Part shown: in pieces, positions 1 to 14,190 of the stretch
Numbering within the stretch: the first letter of the stretch is position 1
How the letters are laid out: the number at the start of each line of letters is the position of its first letter
Assembly: GCA_051362555.1 (NCBI GenBank)
Contig: CM120644.1
Location: forward strand, 18,870,534-18,934,533
From: Lingula anatina
Taxonomy: Eukaryota > Animalia > Brachiopoda
DNA: 64,000 nucleotides
Reading direction: 5' to 3'
Notes under the pieces: generated by a model
What the model was told of the DNA's origin: nothing
The model's input: the letters and a program-made list of their open reading frames with translations, nothing else
Databases searched by the model: none
Translations under genes and position numbers: made by a program

Positions 1-350
1 CTCACAATAGAAAATGATTTACCATAGGTAAGGACTGTTTCAGTAGAAAACCACATACCTTTGTCACCTGAGGCATCACCTGTTAGAGACAGCACAACTT
101 ACTCGGTTGTCAGGCGTTACCAACGGACAAAACTCCGTGGCCAAAAATGCACTTATGAAAAACCCACACAAAACAAAACTAGATGAGGCCATGACGCACC
201 ACAACGAAATGAATGATTAATTACACTGTAAATTAAAGTTTATTAAGGGCCGGGGTGCAGCGCGACAACTCACTCAGTAATACTACCTCCTGAGGAGAGA
301 ATCTCAGTACACGTGTTGTAGAAGGCCCGATCAGAGGGTAGCCTTGCCGT

Positions 351-356
351 TATAAA
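351..356 (+). promoter_or_regulatory. TATA box of the large mosaic gene
   Basis: TATAAA ~30 nt before an Inr-like TCATC (~382) and 118 nt before the signal-peptide ATG at 469. Confidence 0.55.
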
Positions 357-468
357 GAATAACGCACCAAAACGACGAAGTTCATCGCCTTGGTAGTACA
401 ATAGAAACATTCGCAACAGGTGTTTTGCACTATACCAAGAGCACGTATATTGTAAGGCGCTTGGAATC

Positions 469-1945
469 ATGGCGATGTCGATTCGGAATTTGTTGTTTTT
501 TATTGCCTGCCTGGGATTATTCAGCAGTGCCAAGAGCAAACTGTGCTCAGAGCTGTCGCTGAAGAGCGGTTTTGCATGTGACAGGGATGATATGGAATAT
601 CGCAGGTAATAAAGGACAGTTAGCGTGTCTTAAGCCCTCTTTACACTGGACGGTGTCCTTTCTGCGTCCCGTTGTACGGCCCTGATTGAGAGTCAAAAAC
701 AATGATACTTTTGCGTGCCGACAACTGGCCGATCATTGAGCATTCATTTGCAACCAAAGCGGTGCATGTGCCTTCTTTTTTTACGGAAAAAGGACGCAGA
801 AAGGACGCCGTGCAGTGTAAAGCGGGTTTTAACGACGTATTGGCAAATACCAATTGATCTCCAGCAATTTAATAATTGACTTCTGGAATAGATTGACATT
901 TCATGTATCAAAATACATTCATTAATTGATCTTGTCAAGAGAGAACATTTTCAGTGACATTTATTTGCAATACTTATTTGGTGGTCGGCGGTGATTCCCT
1001 GCATTTGCTCCAAATGTAGATAATCACAGCTGTGTTTGGCTGAGGGAAAGTTATACTTGTTACAGGTATAGCATATCATATAGTAATATAAATATTATCA
1101 AAAGTGCGAGAATCACTCGGTAATAAACAGCCAGTCTCCGCATTTCAATTGGACATAGGTCTACCGAGATGGCAAGTTTTGAACCATATTATTTTACCCA
1201 AGAACGGCATCATTTCAGAACCGTTAGAGGGTTAGCGTTAGCATGGGCGCATGGTATAGGAATGTACGCACCATGTGATTTATAAAAAATATTTCAGAAC
1301 ACCTTTGCTATTATGTTTATAACATATCTGAAATAATCTTGTTTTTCAACGGAAAAATATCCGCACCTGTTGATTTATATTAAATGCCAAAACTTTTCTA
1401 TGGAAAACAAAAGACTTATAATGTAAAGTGATAGTTATAATGTAAGGTGATACAAAACAATAAAAATACAATATAATACATTTTATTTCATGTCGGGTAT
1501 AAACATCCCTAAGCTTAGGGTGCATTCCCAGATATTTAGATCGATCCAGAGATTTAGATTTATATCGACCTAACACCCTGGGGGTTCACGCTAAATTGCA
1601 GTCACCCGAGCGCACACCACAGTTAATTACCCCCTTCAGCTTTTAGTAGGCGGGGCAGACGCTTAAGCCGGCTAAGCTGACAGTAATTTAGTGAGACTCC
1701 CCACAGGGATAGATCGATCTAAAATCTATAGGAATGGGGTCTTAGTTTACACTTCATGTGATAAACCTGAATGGATCATTGCAGATATTTCTTATGTGTT
1801 CCGGGGTTGGATATGCCATACGTGTACAACTGCGCTAGCGGCACGTACTGTAACGATGACGTCACATTCCAGTGTGGATTCACGAAACCAAATAGACAAG
1901 AACCGGAAACAACAACTACTACTACTACTACTACGACCTCTGAGA
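469..1945 (+). CDS. Exons 1-2: signal peptide, atypical chitin-binding (CBM14-like) domain, poly-Thr linker
   Basis: [55 protein letters not shown]...[13 protein letters not shown]; phase-2 join AG|A gives Arg. Confidence 0.75.
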
Positions 1946-4900
1946 GTAAGTCCTTTTTATTTTTCCATGGTTCTTCCAGATTAATGAGAAGTATATATGT
2001 CACAAATTCGAAATTGGGTTGTCGAAAACCGCTTCCACTTCTTTGTCAGCAAATAAGTTATCAGTCTCCGTTATTTTTCAATCTGAGAGTCATCTTACTG
2101 TCATATTTTACTCTTTGTATGAAATTCAGTTATTGGACATGTTATTGGATTGTATATACATATACATATACATACGAGTACACATACATATACATTCTGG
2201 TATCTGTTAGTGGTTCCTGTGACGCACATCATGCTGCATTCGGCCAGAAGTTAAAGGGATAATAACTCTTCGTTTCGGCCAAAAAATGAATTTTCCTGGA
2301 GTAAACAATAATTTTCCCATACTTACCAATGGTTAATGAATCCATTTTTACATTCAAAGTTAGTCCCTGGTTTTTTTCTAAAAAGTTTGGTTTTTTGTTA
2401 AAATCTCTTAAGAGATTTTAACAGAGTATATCCATCAGTGGAGGTCACGTGGTCTAAAGACAAGCTCAGATATCAGAAAAAAGCTATAACTGCCATTTTT
2501 GTGGTAAAACAGAATATATTATATTTCTATGAGTTATTCACAATGTTTTTATTGTGAAATATAGATCTCATACGAAGAGTTATTATCCCTTTAAGGATAG
2601 TGTTTTAGTAAGGAGGGTTTTTGGGAAAGCATATATATTCTGTGTTCTCCCCAGGGAGGCGAGAACGCCTATAACCAGTCTGAATCATGTTCTAAAAAGT
2701 GTCCGAAATATTAAATGATTTATTTAAAACGCACTAAGACGTAGCTTTTTAAGAACCATACTTTATTAGCATCAGACTTTTCTTTACATGGAAACCACCA
2801 TGACTTCAGCTACTGCAGGTGCATGTATCACTTCTCGCGTCATTCAGATGGACTCGCGAGCACTTTCTATAGTCTATAGATAAGTGAATAGTATTTTGAA
2901 TTCAAATAAAAGGAGTTGATGGCTTGGAATGCAGGTCCCATACAAAGCCATGGGCGTAAATAATACAACGAGCGAGTGTCACTTACATGTATTATTACAT
3001 GCCAATGAGGTGCAGTTATGTATGACTGAGTAGTCCAATTCTCGACACAACTCGGAAACGAGAGAAGAGATATTTATTTTTGTGATAATATTTCAAAAAA
3101 AGTAGGTGACAAATAATGTAAAAAGTACCAGCAGTGCTGAACTTTAAAAATACACATTAATGTGTAATTACTTTCGTCTTCAATGAAGAGCAGTATAAAA
3201 GAACCAAGCTTTTCTTTTTTTCCTTTTTAATCAATTTCTAGGAATTTTAAAGGCGTCAATATGAATTTCATCAGATTTTTTCTGCTTTGATTTATTTCAA
3301 ATTGATTATCAAATTATCATTATCAAAAGCAAAATCTGTCGCGCCTAAGGTAAAAACTACTATAGCAAGAAAATAATGATGTGTTTGTTTCTTGGTATCT
3401 TTTACTCTACGTGTGTTATATCTTACCGGTGACAGTTGATGCACTTGCTGAGGTAATTCTCGTGATTTTAATAAAAGCCAAATGCAAATAAGGTCTATTC
3501 ATCAGTGTTGCATTGCAATTTGAAATGCCATTCATGTAGTTACGCAAGAACTAAATCAATTGAAAACTTATTAGAATTACAAATTATGGACGAGGTTAAC
3601 TTGACAAGAGTATAAAAGAAAGTACTGTAGAAACTTTTTTGAATTGAACCCATCAATCACGAAGAAAGTTTTATAGATAGGCGCACAGTTTTTCTTAATT
3701 AAATGCATTTTAATTGTCGATTATAAAGTGTCTCTATTTCTGTTTCATTTCAAGGCTGGCCAATATATAGTAAATTGCAGTTTGAAAATTCTGATCGCAG
3801 CGTAAACGCTTCACTCTGTGTGGAATAGGAATCCACGTGAAACTGTCGAAGATATGCGCTTTAGTTTTTCTTCAAGGAATAATAAGGAATAGGTTTCGCG
3901 CTTCATAGTAGAGGATACACGTTTATTTGAATATTGCATTGTTTTTTTTCTCTAAAAGCTGATAGCTATTATATCAGTTAACGTAGAAAACGTTTCTTTT
4001 GTTCATACGACTCTCACCAAACGATGCTGGAGATGTGACTATCATAATACATAATACATAATACACTAGATTATCTGGGGGGGGGGGGGGCAAGGCCAAA
4101 ATGTAAAATAGGGGGTGTATATAGTCCACAGTGCCCTCCCCTGGGTCATCTGTTTCTGTGCATGGTCCTACTTATTCAACATGACTGCAGTAAATTAAAC
4201 TATTTTCTCTCTTCCAGCGCCTATCGACCCGTGTGTGTTGACGATATGTTCCAACGGAGGAACGCCGACAGCCTCTGGATCGTCGTGTAATTGCCAGTGT
4301 CGCCCTGGGTATACCGGCGCCAGGTGTAATCTAGGTAAGGCGTGCGGGGGTGGGGGGGGGGAGCCGTCAGATCTCTTGGCGATCTAGAATTGCACACTGC
4401 ATTTTAACAAAAAAATAAAAGAAGAAGAAGAAAAATAATAGAAAAGAAGAGAGAGAGCGAGGAACTTGTATGAATGACGTCTTTACGGGAGCTTTCTTTC
4501 TTTCTTCTGAGCTTTCTTCGTCGCACTGGTTTCGGAGCCCTTCCGAAGATTATCAGGTTTATTTGATAGTACATGTAATTTAGCATATTTACAATTGTAA
4601 TTTTTTCACTCTCTTCTCGCGTTGAATTATGATCTGCCTAAGCCAATTTATCATCGTCATAGTCTTACAGATATGCGTGATATCGCTTTGTAAAGACAAA
4701 TAACGACATAAAGAAAGACACTTAAGCCAGTAAAATATAATATTGTCTCTTCCATATGTCTCTGTCTTGCTATGTGTATGTAAATGTTTATATGCTATTA
4801 CAGTGTATCCCTCTGGCTTTGTGTCATCATAGGGTGTATTCCCAGAGAGTTAGATCGATCCAGAGATTAAGATTTAGATCGACCTAACTCCCTGGGGGTT

Positions 4901-6143
4901 CACGCTAAATTGCAGTCAGCCGAGCGCGCACCATAGTTAAACACCCCCTTACAGCTTTCAGTAGGCGGGACAGACGGATAGATCGATCTAAAATCTATGG
5001 AAATGGGGTCATAGGCTTTAGGTTGCTGAACACCGTCTGTACCTCACTCTTTGTTTGATATCTTGTTCATTCCAAATTCTTTAAAATACATACGCAGTAC
5101 TTTCCCCCCTTTGAGCTAGCTATAATATACACGGACGTACGGCAAATCGATAAATAAAATTTTAATATATCTAATTTTCATTCAGTATTTAAAAATACAA
5201 TAAAAAATAAATAAGAAATGATGAATCAAGTCATTTGTTTAGAAAAAACTTAGATAACATGCCGTGCATTAGTGCAACGATCTTTCTTCCAGATGTCAAT
5301 GAATGTCTCAGTAACAACGGCGGCTGCCAGCAGATGTGCAGAAACTTCTGGGGCGGCCACGAGTGTCGGTGTCAGGCCGGCTATAGACTGGGGGCAGACG
5401 GGAAGTCTTGTCATGGTACGTGTGGACTTGCCTCTGAATTCACAGGGGATACTGTGAGTGTCGGTGTCACGCCGGTTGTAGACTGACATATTAATAGATT
5501 AATAGATTGTAATTTTGTAAACAATTCTTGATTATAATGATATACCTCGACGGTAGAGAGAAACGTGTCAGAATATCAAGGAAAATTAAATATTTTGGTA
5601 CAATCAACGCTCATGGAGTTTCTATAACAACACGGCAAGAGTCTTCAACAAGAAGGTTGGGGTGCAACTGACATACGTCTAGTTGTGTATTTATCTATCA
5701 AATTTTATTTATAAAATATTATCTTCCCCGCGGCTTTCATACTGCAAACGTGCATGTGTGAACACATTGTAAATATAAAGTAATTCTTTATGCAGATATA
5801 GATGAGTGTCAGGACATGAACAAGTGTGACGTCAACGCTATATGCCAAAACACGCCCGGAAGCTACACGTGCACATGCAACGCAGGGTATGTGGGAGACG
5901 GACACACATGCACAGGTAAACAGGACGCTTGTTATTCAAATATACATATGCATACATATCTGGAATAACGCAAAGGTGTTACGTGTTGGAGATGCATATG
6001 TACAAGCAGGACAAATGTGAAAGCAAATGAGTGGGCTGTTATCTTCACATAAAATGATAAATATGATATTGGTTAATTAGGTATGTAGTCATTTTAAACA
6101 TTTTATTTTGATATTAATGTACCTATGTACTCAAATCAGTGTA

Positions 6144-6177
<34 letters not shown>

Positions 6178-6208
6178 GTTGTTGTTGTTGTTGCTGTTTT
6201 TATCATTC

Positions 6209-6263
<55 letters not shown>

Positions 6264-8618
6264 TTATTGTTATTTAATTTAATTTAATTTTATTTTATTT
6301 TATTTTTTTGCGGCTGTTGCTCTTGTTATCTTTTCATATGATCCTTTTAATAGTTTCATCTGTGTGAAGTCCGCGCTCTCTCAGTATCATGACGTGTACC
6401 TGTATTTCAGTGGCTGACATGTGCGCGGGAGTCACGTGTCAGAATGGCGGCACACCTTACGACAATGGCTTCACCTGTCTGTGCCAGTGTTTGACAGGTT
6501 ACTATGGCGACCGCTGTGAACAAAGTAAGTCAGACTTTCTGGTAAGTCAGACATTTTAATGTGAGAACGAGGCTTTTTTGAAAGACCATACAGATATAGG
6601 GTTTGGGCATTTGCTATATTCTATAGCATAGTTTGCCAAACAGAGTGCGGTTTTTCATATAATATGCCATCATGCCATATGATGTTTCCGTGCAGTACTC
6701 ACAATCTGAATTTAATAAATAATTTAAAAATAAATAGTCAGCCCCACAGTTAAAGTTGATACATATACATCTACATATAGAGAAGAAGGTATAATTCATG
6801 ACCAGGATATATCAAAATACTTTCAATATGTATGACAGTGTTATCTCAAGGATATTTGACGGATATTCTGACACTATATCATTCCGTGGAGTAACACTAA
6901 AAATGGCATTTCATCATTGTTTATTCAAAAAAAATAAACAATGTCATGTTGACTTATTGTTTTGTTGAGCTGAATTTGATTCTTTGATTCTTATCCTAGA
7001 GCCCCCGGTTGGATGTTCACCACCAATAGACGGAGTAAACTCAGACCATGATTACACTGGTAGTGGACCAGTACCTGTAGGCGTTATTATCACCTATACC
7101 TGCCGTGACGGACACTACATACCTGGTGGAGCGTCAACTGACATGATAACGTGTCAGAAAGATGGGACATATGACAAAGCTGTAGCTGATTGCCGTGAGT
7201 GATCATTCTTGTATTAAGCCAAGTCAGAAACACAAAACGTCTAAAATAATCTTCTGTACATTTCACTTGAAGGTCCGTTGGCATTTTGAAGGCAACCCAA
7301 ATTAACAACGGCAAATTTGTTTTGCCTTCATTTTATTTTTTGTTGAGTTGGACACGCTTTATTTGTAGACCCTGGATGTCCACTACCCCTGGACGGAATA
7401 AATGCTGTTATCGATTACAATGGTCCTGCACCAATACCTGTCGGCACTGTGGTCACCTATAGCTGTGTTTTGGGAAACGTCATGGCTGATGGAACGACAA
7501 TTAAGGCAATAGAATGTCTGTCCACCGGAGTTTACGACAGTGGTCCGGCTAATTGCCGTAAGTGCCAATTGTTCAAATACAGTGTAAGTCAACATTACAA
7601 AATATAAAAAGGGAATCTTCGATGAACTACACCTGAAATAGACGACACTCCAGAAAACAAACATTCAGTTGCCGTCAACTGTGTGGTGTTTTAGGTAACC
7701 GCCCGCAAGAAAATGCAGTAGTATCGAAGTAGCAAAGAAGTATTAACGCAGTAGTGGTGTGGAGCATATTTGCAGTAGAAATGCAGTATAGCCTACTGCA
7801 ATTCTACTTCAAAAATTACATAGGGTTGTATAGAGGAGGAGCATTAATGCAGTAGATTAGCAGCATGATAGAAGCATGCTAATTAGCTCTCACCTCGAAG
7901 CAGATTTGAAGCGTGTTTGCAGTATGATTGCAGTAGTTTACTGCGCTGGAGTATCTACTTCGTTTTCGTGCGGGCGAGTTCAAATTATTATATTGAACAA
8001 TAATGACAAATGTGATGATAGGTGCGGGGACTGTAGTCACACGTGTAAGAACAACCTGGGTGGATACAAATGTGAATGTCCGAGTGGATATGAACGCAAG
8101 TGTGACCAGCTCACCTGCAGGGGTACAGTGGCCCTTTTCTTAGATGCCGCGTATCATTACTTCATGGACGACGCTTTTCCTGATACGCCTTCAACATTAC
8201 CTTGTTGATAGTAGATTGTTTTCCTGAAATGAACAGAATGCAATTTATGCATGCAAATGATGTTTTTTTTTAACTTTGGCATTTATTTTCAGAAAAAGCT
8301 GGTTGTGCTGTTAACAATGGCGGCTGCTCCCACACCTGCACGGATACGGACGGCGGCGTCAAATGTTCCTGTTCGGCGGGGTATGTTCTGGGTAGCGACG
8401 GGAAGACTTGTGAAGGTGATTGCTTGGTTTTTTATTGTAGCGATGTATCATTCTTGGCAAAACTGGCACCTAGTCCTTTTTATCTCACATTAAGTGCATA
8501 CCCATAATCATCAACTTTGAAATTTGTCCACAATCTGTGTATATATTCAAAGATAAGTGTAGGAAAGTGAGTTGTAGAAATTGCCAATAAAATATTTGTT
8601 TTTCTCTAGATTCGACTG

Positions 8619-8674
<56 letters not shown>

Positions 8675-9495
8675 AGAAGAAGAAGAAGAAGAAGTGGTAA
8701 TAACATTAGCAGTAGCAGAAGCGGCTGTAGTAAAGTAGTAGTTGGTACACATGTAAAAGAGGAGAGCAACATCCCCCAAAAAATACGGGGTGTTTCTTTA
8801 AAAACTACTACAGTACGAAAGATAACTTTCTCATGACTTCACCGTCTTATATTATGGTTTAGATGATGACGAATGTGCGGTCAGGAACGGCGACTGTAGT
8901 CACACGTGTAAGAACAACCTGGGTGGATACAAATGTGAATGTCCGAGTGGATATGAACTCGAGGATGACCAACTCACCTGCAGGGGTACGGCCACTCAGA
9001 GCACTTTGCATGTTTTGGTAGAAGACCCATATCAGTATTTTAAGGACTAGTGACTTGATTCGATTTTGAAATAATGTCGCTGATTTGGGGTTGTTTTCCT
9101 CAAATAAACATGATGCAATTTACGCATACAAGTGATTTTATTGTAACTTTGGCATCTATTTTCAGTAAAAGATGAATGTGCTGTTAACAATGGCGGCTGC
9201 TCCCACACCTGTACGAATGTTAACGGCGGCGTCAAATGTTCCTGTTCGGCGGGCTATGTTCTGGGCAGCGACGGAAAGACTTGTGAAGGTTATTAATTAA
9301 TTTTCTCAGTGTTAACTGTACTGTAACGATGTAACATTCTTAACAAAAATGGTACCCAGTCCTTTCTGACTTCACATAAAATACACACTCACAATAAGCA
9401 ACTTCAAAATTGGTCTACAACCTGTAAGATCAGATTAATGTTATAAGTTATACAAAATGCCCTTAAAATATTTGATGATCTGTGGGTTCAGCAAT

Positions 9496-9526
<31 letters not shown>

Positions 9527-11216
9527 CGGAAGTAGAAGAAAGCAGCACCCCAGAGAACACCACTTTGAATAGCAATGCAGCATTATGTTCTAATGTTTTG
9601 ATAATTTCATATTAATTTCAAGACGATGACGAATGTGCGGTCAGGAACGGCGACTGTAGTCACACGTGTAAGAACAACCTGGGTGGATACAAATGTGAAT
9701 GTCCGAGTGGATATGAACTCGAGGATGACCAACTGACCTGCAGGGGTAAGACTGATCTCTTTTAAGTTTTTGGCTCCATTTTTAGCTAAGGGCGTATTCT
9801 GAACAAGTTTTTCCGCGGAGTAACAGATCCGCGAATCAAATATGGCCGACTCGCTTTAAAGCATGCCGCCTAATCCCCTCATAGACACTGATTAGATTTG
9901 ACTAAGATCCGCGAATCAAGTTGTGCTTGGAATGATACCTAAAATACTTAAGGCGAAAAAATTGATATTTACAAGTACAAAGAAATTTGTAATGTAGAAC
10001 GCCAAGTGTGTAACGGAGCAGGTTTCATAACTTTGCCCTCATGGCTCCACGCAAAGTGCATAAATACAATGCCAAGATGTTTACACCCATTACCATACTT
10101 TTGTAAGCCAATAATCGACAAGCAAGTAATGCCTGTTTCCAGGAATTGTATCTATTCATGTTGTCGTCTGTCAGTCACATTTCAAAACGGCAGCACTAGT
10201 GCTCTGATGAAGTTCAATTTAACAAAATAAAAATAAATAAATAACAAATACCATGCATGTACTCGACTTGAACTGCCACGAAAGGAAGACACGTGTTACA
10301 TTTTCTTATTAGTCATCACTCCAGACAACGGTGACTGTGCCGTTAACAATGGCGGCTGTTCCCACACCTGTACGAATGTTAACGGCGGTGTCAAATGTTC
10401 CTGTTCGGCGGGCTATGTTCTGGGTAGCGACGGGAAGACTTGCGAAGGTGATTTTTAAAAATTCTTTTCTTTCAGTGGAGTAACAATATAAACATTTCTT
10501 TGTAATACTTCACAAATGGAAGTGTACATATGACAAAACCAAAATCTACTATCCATAATTTGGTCCTTTTGGAAGTTAGATGGGCGTACATTTTGTACTT
10601 CATGCTTAAATAAATATCAAACGGGCTACGTTCAAGGTCAGTCCAATGATATTATGACTGGAGGTGCCTCTCTATTTAACGTCGGTATTTGTTGCTTTGG
10701 AAAAAGTTTTCATATCAAAACAATTAAGTTTTACAACCTCATATTAATTTCAAGACGATGACGAATGCGCGCTCAGGAACGGCGACTGTAGTCACACGTG
10801 TAAGAACAACCTGGGCGGATACAAATGTGAATGTCCGAGTGGATATGAACTCGAGGATGACCAACTCACCTGCAGGGGTACGGCTGTTCATGGTTAAAAT
10901 TACGTTATGTCCAAGGGCTATTTACCATTCACCTTAATAATAAGTTGTGTCTTCCAAGAGAACAAATTTAGGAATCTCTTGTTACAACCGCCTGTGCGCT
11001 GTTTCGTCCCTCTATGCCCAGTGTATGCTGCTCATGAAAATAAGACAGCCTTCGAGTGAATACGTAGCGAAATGAAAATAAAGTTTAGAATCACAAAATG
11101 TTACCCTTGTTTTGCGCTCAATTTCAGAACAGCAGTACTAGTTCAGTTAAACAAATGCAATGAAATGTAATCGGTCCATCAGGCGGGTGCATTTAGAAAT
11201 TTGATACTGATCCTAA

Positions 11217-11263
<47 letters not shown>

Positions 11264-14155
11264 CGCACGCGCGCCTTTCAAATCACCAGGTACCGTAAGT
11301 GGTACTTTATATGATTTCAGAAATCAAGACAGAACCAGAACCATTCAACTGTACGGGAAAGCGAAACCTCTGGTACCCGGACGCCGAGAGCTGCATTGTT
11401 TTCTACCAATGCACGAACGGCCAACTGGAAGAAATGAAATGCGGCCTGGGCTACTTCTTCAACGCCTACACTGTCAGCTGTAATAGCGCTACGTTCGAGA
11501 TTAATGCCGGGAAATGCCTCGCTGATGGTAGGCAGTGTTCCATTCCATAATATACGATGTTCATGGTCATGACACACAGGTCTGTAGCCGGGGGAGGGGG
11601 GGGGTTAGGAGGTTCGAATGGACCGCTTTTTTGTGCCATGTTCCCGGCCAATCCCAGCCACACATCTTGATATTGTCAATACGTTATTGTCATAGTAACA
11701 GTGTGGTAAACAAGTACTGAATCCATATTCGTCAGTATGGTCATTGCATGGTTAGACCAAAGGCCAATACACATGTAAAAATGCAGTCCCCTCGCTTAAA
11801 ATATATCACTTACAGAATGGCCCTAGGAGGTGGGATGCTCTTGGAAACTGTAAATGATAATCCCAAGGACGACATTCGGGGAGGGGGGGGGGGGCGTATG
11901 CCACTCCCCAGGCCCCAGTTTCACAAAAAACTTAAGTCAGGTTCCCTGGCTAAGAACTTAATTACCAAGGTTACAGGGTCACATGGGTACATCTTACCCT
12001 ATCAGGAGCAGTGTTACAGTCCTCTCATGGAAATCCTAGTCAACTAAGCCAGGGAACAGACTCAAGTTTTTTTTGTGAAACTGGAGCCAGGAAGGTTTGG
12101 TCTTTTCAGGAATTAACAAATCCAGAAAGACCAGTCAGAGAGTGTTAAGCCGACTGACCTTGTTTACTGGGGATATCGACCGAAGCCCATTCATTTCATT
12201 TCATTTCATTTCATTTCATTTTATTTCATTTTATTTTATTTTATTTTATTTTATTTCCAGGAAGCCGGGTATCAGAGGACTCAGACAAAGAGAAGCCGTT
12301 CGTGTGCCCAGGTCCTGGTTACTACCCTCACCCCACTGAATGCTCCCAGTATTACAGCTGTATCCTGGACAGCTACGGGAAGTTCGTCAAGTCTCTGATG
12401 ACCTGCCCGGACCAATTTGGCTTTGATAGTAATCCCTCCAGTTTTGGTTGTGTCTTCATGCTGCACCTGAGCCACTGTGATAGCAACGGAAAAGTGATTG
12501 ATCCGACGGGTCAGTTAAAGTCCGCGATTTTTAGCGTTCATTTACAAAACCTTCCCGTTAAATGTCAAATATGGGGTAACTGACAAAGAACCGGTGATGT
12601 AATGGATTAAGTTGTCATGTTTTATTTGTGTCAAATTTAGACACAACGCACGTACGTTTTCATTCCAAAATATACATTAATCGTAGACTTTTTAAATTTG
12701 TACCTTGTACGAATTGGATTTTTATTCTCATTATTTTTAGTAAAAGACGTACGTTGTATTACATATTCATAAACGAAGACTCCTTTCATTCAGTCATCCA
12801 AACAATGAAAAATTATAATTGAATAATCGATTTACTTCAAAAGTTTCAGACGTTACTATGGAGAGATATTTTTACTGTTCATACTTATTATTGTCTTAAT
12901 GCATAGCTAAAGATTGTATTCTACAGAGAGAAACGCCACTACATCCGGGCCCCTCACCACCACCACGCCTGCGCCCCGTGAGCCCTGCACGGCCGGCGAG
13001 ACCGGAGAGAAGAAAGTCAACCTCGAAGACTGCCGCCAGTTCTACGTGTGCACCAACCTGGAGTGGGTCCTCTACGACTGTGCCCCGGGGTTGGTCTACA
13101 GCACCGCCAGGGGGATCTGTGACTGGGACGTCAATGTCGACACGTGCGATAACGGTAACGTGGTAACCGGACCCCCCACGGCGGTCGACTGCGCTGATGG
13201 GCGAGAGAGCGGGTACTATCCCGATCCTTCCACTTGCCAAAAGTTTGTTGTGTGCGAGGACGGGAAGTTCCTTGGGGAGTTCAGCTGTGCCGCGGGGACG
13301 TTCTTTGATGAGGTCGGCAAAGGCTGTCAGCTTATTGAAGATATGGTGGAGAAAGGGGAATGTAGACAAAATGGTGAGATTCAGTTTTTCAAGACTGTAG
13401 AGGGTTATTTTAAAATGGATTTCTTTTTCTGTAAAAGGGCACCTTGTTATCTCTTTAACTGACCCTTGAAAAATGACAGAATCTGGATCAACTTTTGATT
13501 TAGAGCAAATATTCATCTCTAACAAAAACGGTCGTTCTTTCAAACGACCGTTTCTTCAACCCCACCTCTGTACGGGTTGGTTTTGACCAAACCACTAAGA
13601 CATGTCTTTTTTCTTTGCAATATATGTATGTATTGTGCCTATGTATTGCAATGTTATTATTTATTTTTAAATGTGCGTGTACAAGTGAGAGAACAAGTGA
13701 GCGAGTGAATGTGAAAGTACTATTTCAGTTAAGTGTTTTTGTGTTTTCTTTTAATTCTAATTTATTTCCTAAGTATAATCAAACATTAAAAAATATTAAA
13801 ACAAAAATGTCCTGAACAAGCAGGCGATCCCTAACATAGTAAAACATCCATATGTTATTCTCCTAGGCGACAGAATTCCGATAGAAGACCGATTCTTCAC
13901 CTGCCCGAAGGACTCCGAGCAGACGATGTTTCCTCACCCTCTGAACTGCACCAAGTTCTTCCTGTGCCTGCCCACCTCGTACTCGGTGGTCAACTGTAAC
14001 GAGGGCTATGCCTGGAGCACTGACGTCTGTCTGCCTATAGACCAGGTGACCACCTGTGGGCCGAACCTGGAGTATGTGAAAGGTAACTACGTGTGTGCGT
14101 AAAAGTGAGAGAGGGTGCTTGTGAGTGTGTGCGTGTTTATGTGCGTGCATATGTG

Positions 14156-14190
<35 letters not shown>

